Origin: SAR86 cluster bacterium AG-422-P06
GTDB taxonomy: Bacteria; Pseudomonadota; Gammaproteobacteria; Magnimaribacterales; TMED112
Reading direction: 5' to 3'
Assembly (NCBI GenBank): GCA_003213455.1
Contig: QCMX01000002.1
Location: 1-59,176 of the forward strand
Length of the DNA stretch: 59,176 nucleotides
Made by a program: the position numbers and the translations under genes. Shown in pieces: positions 1 through 8,948 of this stretch. Every line of letters begins with the position of its first letter. The stretch's first letter is position 1. The notes beneath the pieces were generated by a model. The model had not been told where the DNA came from. It searched no databases and saw nothing but the letters and a program-made list of their open reading frames with translations.

Positions 1-851
<851 letters not shown>

Positions 852-852
<1 letters not shown>

Positions 853-1256
853 TGGCAGCAACGTTCTTTTCAGGCTTTAAAGACCAAGAATCTGCGCTTA
901 ATTTTTTATTAGAAAAAATTTATGCGGGCTTTCAGATGCAAAGTTCAATTTGTGTGGTCTTGAAAGATGAAGAGCATTGCACTGATTTTAGAAAAAGTCA
1001 GCAAAAGAAGTATTTTGAGAATGCCAAAATTGAATATCTCTACGATGAGAATATATCTTTTATCAATGAGCAGCCAGCTGGTCATTTTGATGAAGTGCAT
1101 ATCTTAAGTGATAAAGTTTTGGAGCTGCCGTTAGATGTCTGTGAGAATATCTTTGTCTACACAACCTCTGCCGATGAAGAGATAACCAAAGCATCTCGTG
1201 AACTTTATGCTAACCTGAAGAAAAATAACATTGAGTTAAATCACAAAGCAATCTAA
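852..1256 (+). CDS. holC: DNA polymerase III chi subunit (probable)
   Basis: A 134-aa ORF wedged between pepA and valS, with 1-nt TAATG overlaps on both sides. This is the classical gammaproteobacterial holC position. Sequence similarity to chi is only weak (ATFF... N-terminus), so the call is mostly synteny. Confidence 0.55.
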
Positions 1257-3481
1257 TGGAAGCGCAATATTCTCCAATTCAGATCGAAGAAAAATGGTCA
1301 AAGATTTGGGCAGATAGAGAATTAGAACGGCCTGGATCTGAAGATCATTTCTCTCAAATTATTCCACCACCTAACGTCACGGGGACCTTGCATATGGGTC
1401 ATAGCTTTCAGTACGCCATCATGGATTTCTACACAAGATATCACCACATGAAAGGCACTGATTCCTACTGGCAAGTTGGGACAGATCACGCGGGCATAGC
1501 AACGCAGATGGTAGTAGAGAATAACTTGCTCAATGAAGGTAAGTCTAAAGATGACTTAGGTCGTGAAAAATTTTTAGATGAAGTCTGGAAATGGAAAGAA
1601 TACTCAGAAGGCAAGATCTCTTCCCAAATGAAAAGACTTGGCATCACAGTTGAGTGGGATAAGTACCGTTTTACTTACGATGATGATTTCTGTGAAGCAG
1701 TAAACAAAGCTTTCGTTGAACTGTATCGTAAAGACAAAATATATCGAGGTTATCGACTAGTAAATTGGGATCCATCGCTTAAGACTGCTGTTTCTGATCT
1801 GGAAGTAGTTCGCCAAGAAAAAGATGGCTTACTTTGGCATATTTCCTATCCTTTAGCAGACTCAGATGAAGCGCTTATAGTTGCAACTACAAGGCCGGAA
1901 ACAATGTTTGGTGATATGGCAGTAGCGGTTAATCCTAAGGATGACAGATTTAAACATCATATTGGCAAGTACGTCGAATTGCCTTTTGTTGGTAGAAAAA
2001 TTCCTGTGATTGGTGATGAGTACGTTGATATGGAATTTGGCACGGGGTGTTTAAAGATTACGCCAGGCCATGACTTTAACGATTACGATATCGGGAAGAA
2101 ATATGCCTTACATGAAGTGGATGGGGTAGTACAAACCTCAGATAAACTTGAAGATTTTGCCCCAATAAATATTTTTACCGATGAAGCATTCTCAAATGAT
2201 ATGGTGCCTGCACCATTTAATAACCTTGACCGCTTTAAAGTTAGAAAAGCTGTTTTAGAAGAGCTTAAAAATAAAGAATTATTAGTAAAAGAGGAAAAGC
2301 ATCACATCAGTGTACCTAGAGGCGAAAGATCCAACATAGTAATTGAGCCAAAACTTAGTTATCAGTGGTACGTTAAGACAGAAGAGATGGCTAAAAAAGC
2401 TAATGATGCTGTTAATAATGGTGAAGTAGTTTTCCACCCAGGCAATTGGGATAAAACTTATTTTAACTGGATGGATAATATCCAAGACTGGTGCATTAGT
2501 AGACAAATTTGGTGGGGCCACAGAATTCCAGCTTGGCATGACGACGAAGGCAACACCTACGTTGGGTTTAATGAAGCCGAAGTTAGAGAATTTTATGGTC
2601 TAGATGGTAGAGCTTTAAGACAAGAAGAAGATGTGCTTGATACTTGGTTCTCAGCCTCACTTTGGCCATTTGGTTCACTAGGCTGGCCAAAAGAAACTGA
2701 AGATTTCAAAAAATTCTTCCCTACTACACTCTTGGTTACAGGTTTTGACATTATCTTTTTCTGGGTAGCTCGCATGATGATGATGAGCTTAGAGTTCACC
2801 GGCAAGGTGCCTTTCAAAGATGTCTATGTCACAGGCTTAATTCGAGATGAAAACGGTCAAAAGATGTCTAAATCTAAAGGGAATATTATCGACCCAATCG
2901 ATTTAATCTATGGTATCGATCTGGAAGATCTAGTTACCAAAAGAACTGCCAACTTAATGCAAGAAGGCTTGGCTGAGAAGATCGAACGTAAGACAAGAAA
3001 ACAATTTCCTAATGGTATTGACTCTTATGGCACCGATGCCGTGCGCATGACCTTCTATTCCTTAGCAACTCATACCAGAGACATTAGTTTTGAATTAGGT
3101 CGTCTGAAAGGCTATAGAAACTTCTGCAACAAAGTTTGGAACGCAGCCAGGTTCATTAACAATTATCCAATGGAGTCCAAGGAATTTGTTGTGAAGAATG
3201 ATGCCGATAAATGGATCGAGGACGAATTTAATAAAGTCACCGAGCAAATTCACAAAAACATTGCTGAGTACCGACTCGATTTTGCCATGAATGAACTTTA
3301 CGAATTCTTCTGGGGTAAATTTTGCGATAAATATATCGAAGAATGCAAAACCTCAGGTGAGACCGCCAACTTACATCCAATGCTGAAAAAAATTCTTGTG
3401 CTTATGCACCCATTCTGTCCCTTCATTACTGAAGAGATTAATGAGCTTGTCTTTAAAGATGGTTCATTGATGGATCTTTAA
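1256..3481 (+). CDS. valS: Valyl-tRNA synthetase, short form (741 aa) lacking the C-terminal coiled-coil region
   Basis: HIGH-type motif PPPNVTGTLHMGH, KMSKSKGN, and editing-domain TTRPETMFGD. Collinear with canonical ValRS through the anticodon-binding helices (HPFCPFITEEI), then stops. Confidence 0.9.
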   Translation: MEAQYSPIQIEEKWSKIWADRELERPGSEDHFSQIIPPPNVTGTLHMGHSFQYAIMDFYTRYHHMKGTDSYWQVGTDHAGIATQMVVENNLLNEGKSKDDLGREKFLDEVWKWKEYSEGKISSQMKRLGITVEWDKYRFTYDDDFCEAVNKAFVELYRKDKIYRGYRLVNWDPSLKTAVSDLEVVRQEKDGLLWHISYPLADSDEALIVATTRPETMFGDMAVAVNPKDDRFKHHIGKYVELPFVGRKIPVIGDEYVDMEFGTGCLKITPGHDFNDYDIGKKYALHEVDGVVQTSDKLEDFAPINIFTDEAFSNDMVPAPFNNLDRFKVRKAVLEELKNKELLVKEEKHHISVPRGERSNIVIEPKLSYQWYVKTEEMAKKANDAVNNGEVVFHPGNWDKTYFNWMDNIQDWCISRQIWWGHRIPAWHDDEGNTYVGFNEAEVREFYGLDGRALRQEEDVLDTWFSASLWPFGSLGWPKETEDFKKFFPTTLLVTGFDIIFFWVARMMMMSLEFTGKVPFKDVYVTGLIRDENGQKMSKSKGNIIDPIDLIYGIDLEDLVTKRTANLMQEGLAEKIERKTRKQFPNGIDSYGTDAVRMTFYSLATHTRDISFELGRLKGYRNFCNKVWNAARFINNYPMESKEFVVKNDADKWIEDEFNKVTEQIHKNIAEYRLDFAMNELYEFFWGKFCDKYIEECKTSGETANLHPMLKKILVLMHPFCPFITEEINELVFKDGSLMDL

Positions 3482-3510
3482 AAAAAAAATTCAATCCCTA
3501 TTTATAATTG

Positions 3511-4164
3511 ATGGCAAAGACACTACTTATTGGCGCAAATTCAACAATTGCTCAAGCTTTACAAGAAAATTCTAATAGAGAGTTTATTTGTCTTGCTCGT
3601 TCCGAAGGAAATCTTAATCTTGATGGTGATCTCTCCGAGCTAGATGACGTTACAGACATCAATGGCTTGGTATATTTTCCAGGCACAATAAATTTAAAAC
3701 CCTTCACTATGTTAAAAGAAGAAGATTTTATTAATGACTTTCAGGTGAATGTCTTGGGTGCAGCTAGAGTAGTTAAAAAAGTAATCAATAAATTAAAGGA
3801 AGCTGAAGGTTCAAGCGTTGTTTTCATCTCAAGTGTAGCTGCCAATGTGGGATTACCTTTTCATGCTAGTATTGGTGCTTCAAAATCAGCACTGGAAGGC
3901 ATGGCTCGTTCTCTGGCAGCAGAATATACCAATGCTAAGGTTTGCTTCAATGTGGTGGCTCCAAGCCTTACAGAAACAAACCTTTCAACCAACCTTTTGA
4001 AGACAGACAGATTAGTTGAAGCTAGCAAAGAGCGAAATCCAATGAAAGAGATTGGTGACCCACATAAGATTGCTAAGACAATAGATTTCTTACTTGATGC
4101 CCATAACAACTGGATGACTGGCCAAATAATCCATGTCGATGGTGGCATGAATAACCTAAAGTAA
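3511..4164 (+). CDS. Short-chain dehydrogenase/reductase family protein, atypical motifs
   Basis: ATG at 3511; the track start at 3508 is a TTG directly before it. SDR-like layout with the C-terminal GQIIHVDGG and the ...ASK... Lys. The Gly-rich motif and catalytic Tyr appear degenerate (see finding). Confidence 0.6.
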   Translation: MAKTLLIGANSTIAQALQENSNREFICLARSEGNLNLDGDLSELDDVTDINGLVYFPGTINLKPFTMLKEEDFINDFQVNVLGAARVVKKVINKLKEAEGSSVVFISSVAANVGLPFHASIGASKSALEGMARSLAAEYTNAKVCFNVVAPSLTETNLSTNLLKTDRLVEASKERNPMKEIGDPHKIAKTIDFLLDAHNNWMTGQIIHVDGGMNNLK

Positions 4165-4165
4165 T

Positions 4166-4888
4166 CTAATCTACTAGTTTATTTGGATCTTTCTGGGAGA
4201 CTTCCCAACGTTTTCTAAGATAATTACAGTTTTCACAAGATCTTGCTGGTTTTGGCATATCTCCATCTAAGGTAGCTTTAGCATTTAAGACTGCCTCTTC
4301 CACCCAACTGTTATCGCATTCTAATTTAACCAGATGCAAATCAAAGGTTAATTGTTGATTAAACATAGGTTCATGTTTTTTGCCGTTGTAATAAACTAAG
4401 TAACCTTCTGAGGCTACATTAAAGCCGTTCTTTTCTAGTAACCATTGGTACATCTCAAGTTGTCTGCGATAACCTTTGGCGTATTCCCATTTGGAATAGG
4501 TGTCTTCCCAGTCAAAAACATTCTTAGAAGTAGACTTCACATCAATCACTATTAAGTCGCCATTAGGTTTTTCCCAAATATCATCTACCGCACCGCCAAA
4601 GTTGTAGCCTGCTGCTTCATCAATGTGCCTTATGCCTTTAAAGTTATTGCGCCACTCATCCATTTTTTCATGCGCAAAAGGCACTGCATCTATACCATGC
4701 TCTATAAACATTGGATGTGGTTCAGCCTTGGCACGATAGTGGTCAAATTCGTTTTTACAGAGATTATCTACAGCACTATTGAGTGTGAAAGGTAGGCTGG
4801 GTGGTCTAATTTTATGTTTGTAAGCAAGGTAAAAACACCTTTGGCAATTCAAGTGCTGTTCTACCGCTGATCTACTTATCTTATGCAT
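4166..4888 (-). CDS. PD-(D/E)XK (RecB/Cas4-like) nuclease family protein with terminal Cys pairs
   Basis: Ordered motifs AVDD, IDVK ((D/E)xK) and QLEMY (QxxxY). CQRC lies at residues 15-18 and CENC at 218-221. The N-terminal CQRCFYL resembles the Cas4 CPRxFxL motif. Confidence 0.55.
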   Translation of the reverse strand: MHKISRSAVEQHLNCQRCFYLAYKHKIRPPSLPFTLNSAVDNLCKNEFDHYRAKAEPHPMFIEHGIDAVPFAHEKMDEWRNNFKGIRHIDEAAGYNFGGAVDDIWEKPNGDLIVIDVKSTSKNVFDWEDTYSKWEYAKGYRRQLEMYQWLLEKNGFNVASEGYLVYYNGKKHEPMFNQQLTFDLHLVKLECDNSWVEEAVLNAKATLDGDMPKPARSCENCNYLRKRWEVSQKDPNKLVD

Positions 4889-5336
4889 CTCTTAACATCT
4901 CTATATGAGGTATATTATCCTCTAAGTATTCCTCACTAGCCTTAATAAAACCAAACTTTTCGTAATAATTTTCTAAATGGCTTTGAGCTGAGATTCTAAT
5001 AGCTGTTGGTTGGTCTGCGCATAGTACTTCGATAGCTCTATTGATAACAATTTCAGCTAAACCTTTATTACGATGTGCCATTTTGGTCACTATGCGTCCT
5101 AGAGATGGTTCGGCAAATCTACACCCTGCTGGGTTAATTCTTAGATAGCTTGCTATCTCGCCAGCTTCTTCAACCCACATATGTAAACATTGATCATCAA
5201 CGCCATCTAAGTCTTGATAGGGGCAGTCTTGTTCTATAATAAAGACTGCGATTCTTAACTGGATGATCTCATAGAGTTCAGTCTTGTTTAATTGCTCAAA
5301 ACTTTTTATGATGACTGCTCGATTTTGATTGGACAT
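4881..5336 (-). CDS. elaA: ElaA-like GNAT N-acetyltransferase
   Basis: Matches E. coli ElaA (recalled from memory) along its length: LRIAVFIIEQDCPYQDLDG, GRIV, AQSHLENYYEKFGF, EDNIPHIEM. Its stop overlaps the nuclease start by 8 nt. Confidence 0.7.
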   Translation of the reverse strand: MSNQNRAVIIKSFEQLNKTELYEIIQLRIAVFIIEQDCPYQDLDGVDDQCLHMWVEEAGEIASYLRINPAGCRFAEPSLGRIVTKMAHRNKGLAEIVINRAIEVLCADQPTAIRISAQSHLENYYEKFGFIKASEEYLEDNIPHIEMLRDA

Positions 5337-5345
5337 AAAGAAATT

Positions 5346-5834
5346 ATGAAAGAAAGTGTTTACGATTACAAAGTAAAAGATATAAACGGTAAAGAAGTCT
5401 CAATGGCAGACTTCAAAGATAAGGTTTTACTGATAGTAAATGTCGCCTCCACTTGTGGTTTTACTCCACAATACGAAGGCTTACAAAAACTTTACGATAA
5501 ATATTCTGAAGCTGGTTTAGAAATTCTAGGTTTTCCTTGCAATCAGTTTGGTGCGCAAGAAAAAGGCGACGAATCCGATATTAAAGAGTTTTGCAGTCTG
5601 AATTATGCCGTCACTTTTCCAATCTTTAGCAAAATCGATGTTAATGGTGCAAATGCCGATCCATTGTTTGAATTCCTGAAAGATAAAATGAAGGGTTTCT
5701 TGGGCACTGAAAGTGTGAAATGGAATTTCTCTAAGTTTTTATTAGGCAAAGATGGCACGGTTGAGAAAAGATATGGCTCTTTAGATTTCCCAGAAGCAAT
5801 AGAACCTGATATTAAACAGCTTCTAGGTGCATAA
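5346..5834 (+). CDS. Glutathione peroxidase (Cys-type, BtuE/Gpx family)
   Basis: VNVASTCGFT, FPCNQFGAQE and WNFSKFL motifs. The start is set at ATG 5346 (MKESVYDY...), because the longer track ORF would overlap elaA antisense. Confidence 0.85.
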   Translation: MKESVYDYKVKDINGKEVSMADFKDKVLLIVNVASTCGFTPQYEGLQKLYDKYSEAGLEILGFPCNQFGAQEKGDESDIKEFCSLNYAVTFPIFSKIDVNGANADPLFEFLKDKMKGFLGTESVKWNFSKFLLGKDGTVEKRYGSLDFPEAIEPDIKQLLGA

Positions 5835-6210
5835 TAATTGCATCCTCTCTACCGTTCTTAGTTTGATAATAATTTTTACGGACTGAAAGTTCTTGGAAAC
5901 CATTCTTACGATAAAAATCATGTGCAATTTTATTAGATCTACGTACTTCTAACAATGCAGTTTTAAGCTCAAATAATTTCATGCGCTTCAGAAGAATACT
6001 TACCATAAAATCACCAACTCCTTGCCTGCGCATCTCCTCTACTACTGAAATATTTTGTAAATGACATTCATCCAGGACTTTATTGGCTATACAAAAGCCA
6101 ATAAGTTTTGAATTATGAATAACCACAAAACTCATAGAACGTAATTCTAGAATTTTATCAAAAGTATGTTTGGACCAGGGTGTGGGATTTGAATAAGCTT
6201 CAATATCCAT
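5812..6210 (-). CDS. rimI: Ribosomal-protein-alanine N-acetyltransferase
   Basis: GNAT with RimI-like PWSKHTF, RRQGVG, LEVRRSN..A...Y and a C-terminal GREDAIIM. ATG at 6210; the track start at 6213 is a GTG one codon upstream. Confidence 0.75.
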   Translation of the reverse strand: MDIEAYSNPTPWSKHTFDKILELRSMSFVVIHNSKLIGFCIANKVLDECHLQNISVVEEMRRQGVGDFMVSILLKRMKLFELKTALLEVRRSNKIAHDFYRKNGFQELSVRKNYYQTKNGREDAIIMHLEAV

Positions 6211-6253
6211 CACATCATCTAAGTGATGTTCGGAAAAATTTTCAATTATGTAG

Positions 6254-7039
6254 TTATTCGCCGGTGAAATTTGGTTTTCTCTTTTCTATGAAAGCTGTAA
6301 CACCTTCGATATTGTCTTTTCTGCCAACCATTTCTTCTTGCAATTTAGCTTCAGCTTTTAAATTGTCTTCATAAGACTTATTGAAGCTATCTCTCATTAA
6401 ATGTTTAGTCTTAAAAATTGCTCTGGGCGCTAAAGTAGCATAATGCTTAGCTAGCTCCATCGCTGTATCAAAGGCTTGGCCATCTTCAGATATCTCAGAA
6501 CACATACCAAGACTCAAGCACTCCTCTGCGCTAACTCTTTTTGCCTCTGCAGCCATTCTAAATGCTTGTTGGTAGCCCACTACTTTTGTAAGCAGCCAAT
6601 TTGAACCACCATCTGGAATAAGAGCAATTTTTGAAAATCCTATTTGGAAAAAACTGGATTTAGCCATCACAGAAATATCTGAACTTAAGTAATAAGCGCA
6701 ACCAATGCCAGCACATGCTCCTTCAACAGCAGCTATCACAACTTTATCCATATAAACTAGGTTATTTAAACCAACGTGATAACCCTCATTTAAGCCTTGC
6801 TCTACACTCTCCCAGCCCATGCCGCCTTCCATTGCAGCTGTTAAGTCAGCGCCACCACAGAACGCACTCTCGTCGCCAGTGACAACTACAGCTCTATACT
6901 TAGGGTCTTTAGCTTTTTCTGAATAGTCGTTAAAAAGTAAAACAGTTTCTGGGTCTAGAGCATTTCGCTTCTCTGGTCTATTTAATTTAATCACAGCGAT
7001 GTTGCCATGATCTTCGAATAATACTTTTGGTTCACTCAT
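6254..7039 (-). CDS. Enoyl-CoA hydratase/isomerase (crotonase) family protein
   Basis: Crotonase motifs: RPEKRNALD, VVVTGDESAFCGGADL and an EGACAGIG-type oxyanion region. 261 aa. Confidence 0.8.
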   Translation of the reverse strand: MSEPKVLFEDHGNIAVIKLNRPEKRNALDPETVLLFNDYSEKAKDPKYRAVVVTGDESAFCGGADLTAAMEGGMGWESVEQGLNEGYHVGLNNLVYMDKVVIAAVEGACAGIGCAYYLSSDISVMAKSSFFQIGFSKIALIPDGGSNWLLTKVVGYQQAFRMAAEAKRVSAEECLSLGMCSEISEDGQAFDTAMELAKHYATLAPRAIFKTKHLMRDSFNKSYEDNLKAEAKLQEEMVGRKDNIEGVTAFIEKRKPNFTGE

Positions 7040-8003
7040 TTAATTCTTCCGCTATAAGATAATTGTTTGCCTTACTCAAAATAACACCTGTTCTCTGAGC
7101 GTCTTCTCTATAAAATTTTATCGTAGGATTAGCATCTTGTCTTGATTGAAAGAAAGATTTTTCTAACTCTTTCATTTGGCTTTCATTGGGCGAAGTAAAC
7201 GATTGTTGATCTAGCCAGATTCGAATTAATTCTGCCCTTTCAAAATAATCGAGCTTAGAAAGCTGATCTAGAAGCAAACCATCTTCATCGCAAAGCGTTT
7301 TTAGCTTTTCTGTAAGAAATTGATGGTAAAGTTTGCTTTGTTTTGACAATAAGTTTGCCATCCGCGCTGTATTTTTTTTTGCTCCAGGCCAACGTTCAAG
7401 AATTAAAGGGATAACCTTGTTTCTTAAAAAGTTTCTGCTGTATGAATTGTCTTGATTGGAATGATCTTCGATAAAATCTAATTGGGCTTCAGTAATAAAT
7501 TGTAGAATTTCCTCTTTGCTGACGTGCAAAAGAGGTCGAATTAAATCCTTGCCATTTATTTTGGTATGTCTTTGGATGCCTGTGAGACCTTTGAGACCTG
7601 TACCTCTCAACACACGAAAAAAAACTGTCTCAACTTGATCATCTATATGATGGCCAAGAATTATTGCTGTATCTTGGCTGTATGTATTAAAGATGTTTTG
7701 CCTAGCTGAACGTGCAGCAGCTTCAAAACCTTGACCTGATTCCTTTATTTCAGCCTTTTGACATGCAAAGCTGATGTTCTGCTTAGCGCAGAATGATTCA
7801 CAATGTTTTAGCCAATCTGAGCTATCGGCTTGCATTTGATGGTCTACATAAAGAGCGGATAATTTCGATGCTTGATCGTGTGACTTAAGGAATTCATTGG
7901 TAGCAAAGAGTGCTAGGGTTGAATCAGCACCACCACTGAACCCAACAACAATATTTTTAGCTTTCAACAGAATTGCTTGTTCTGATTTATTGAAGAAATC
8001 CAT
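7032..8003 (-). CDS. tilS: tRNA(Ile)-lysidine synthase, short form
   Basis: PP-loop VGFSGGADS. accA-tilS synteny. ATG at 8003; the track start at 8015 is a TTG inside the accA 3' end. About 100 aa shorter than the E. coli enzyme (from memory), so the C-terminal domain is probably absent. Confidence 0.8.
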   Translation of the reverse strand: MDFFNKSEQAILLKAKNIVVGFSGGADSTLALFATNEFLKSHDQASKLSALYVDHQMQADSSDWLKHCESFCAKQNISFACQKAEIKESGQGFEAAARSARQNIFNTYSQDTAIILGHHIDDQVETVFFRVLRGTGLKGLTGIQRHTKINGKDLIRPLLHVSKEEILQFITEAQLDFIEDHSNQDNSYSRNFLRNKVIPLILERWPGAKKNTARMANLLSKQSKLYHQFLTEKLKTLCDEDGLLLDQLSKLDYFERAELIRIWLDQQSFTSPNESQMKELEKSFFQSRQDANPTIKFYREDAQRTGVILSKANNYLIAEELNE

Positions 8004-8004
8004 A

Positions 8005-8946
8005 CTAGACTCCAATGCTTTTGAATTTTTCGTATCTTTTGCTGGTTAAGCCTTCGATTGAATGTTTTGAGAGTCCTTTCAGTTCATCTAAAAAATACTT
8101 TTTAACTTCAGCGTAAGTCTTTTCATGGTTTCTATGGGCACCACCTATTGGTTCTTTCACAATTTCATCAATAATGCCAAGTTCTATTAAATTTGAAGCA
8201 TCAAGCTTTAAAGCATCGGCAGCTTCTTCAGCATTTTTAGCTGTACGCCAAAGTATGGAGGCGCATGCCTCTGGTGATGCAACCGAATAGATCGAATATT
8301 CCAACATACCAATCCTGTCAGCTAGTCCAATTCCAAAACCACCACCTGAACCACCTTCGCCAATAACTAAGTTAACAATTGGAGTCTTAAGATCTGACAT
8401 AACCTCTAAGCTCTTAGCAATAGCTTCATGTTGGCCAGAAGATTCTGCCTTAACACCTGGGTAAGCACCGGGTGTATCAATTAAAGTTAAGACTGGTATA
8501 GAAAATTTCTCAGCTAATTTCATAAGCCTATTAGCCTTCCTAAAACCTGAAGGATGAGGCATACCAAAATTTCGACTTACTCGTTCTTCTGTTTCACGGC
8601 CTTTTTCATGACCTATTACAACTACTGGGTAATTATCCAGAAAAGCAAAGCCTCCAATGATAGCTTTATCATCCTCACCTAAACGATCTCCATGCATTTC
8701 TTCAAAACCATCAAAAACATTATTAATGTAATCAACTGTATGTGGTCGGTTAGGGTGTCTAGCGACTAGAACTTTCTGCCATGGGCTTAAATTTGAATAA
8801 ATCTTCTCAGTCTCTTCTTTAGATTGCTTTTCTAAAGCAGAAATTTCATCGGCTAAATTAGCAGGAGCTGGCACGATCTGTTTTAACTGCTCTATCTTTT
8901 CAAGGCAGGTGTAAATTGGTTGTTCAAACTCTAAATGTTGTTCCAT
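8005..8946 (-). CDS. accA: Acetyl-CoA carboxylase carboxyltransferase alpha subunit
   Basis: Conserved ARHPNRPHT, IGHEKGR and TLIDTPGAYPG motifs. dnaE-accA synteny. Confidence 0.92.
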   Translation of the reverse strand: MEQHLEFEQPIYTCLEKIEQLKQIVPAPANLADEISALEKQSKEETEKIYSNLSPWQKVLVARHPNRPHTVDYINNVFDGFEEMHGDRLGEDDKAIIGGFAFLDNYPVVVIGHEKGRETEERVSRNFGMPHPSGFRKANRLMKLAEKFSIPVLTLIDTPGAYPGVKAESSGQHEAIAKSLEVMSDLKTPIVNLVIGEGGSGGGFGIGLADRIGMLEYSIYSVASPEACASILWRTAKNAEEAADALKLDASNLIELGIIDEIVKEPIGGAHRNHEKTYAEVKKYFLDELKGLSKHSIEGLTSKRYEKFKSIGV

Positions 8947-8948
8947 GA

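Noticed and set aside
5292-5345. An upstream extension of the glutathione peroxidase ORF (MLKTFYDDCSILIGHKEI).
   Set aside because: It overlaps the elaA N-terminus antisense. Gpx homology begins at MKESVYDY, from the ATG at 5346.
6208-6228. Small inverted repeat CATCAC-N9-GTGATG overlapping the rimI start codon.
   Set aside because: It has a 6-bp stem with a 9-nt loop and no flanking T-run. It is too weak to call a terminator or a translational operator.
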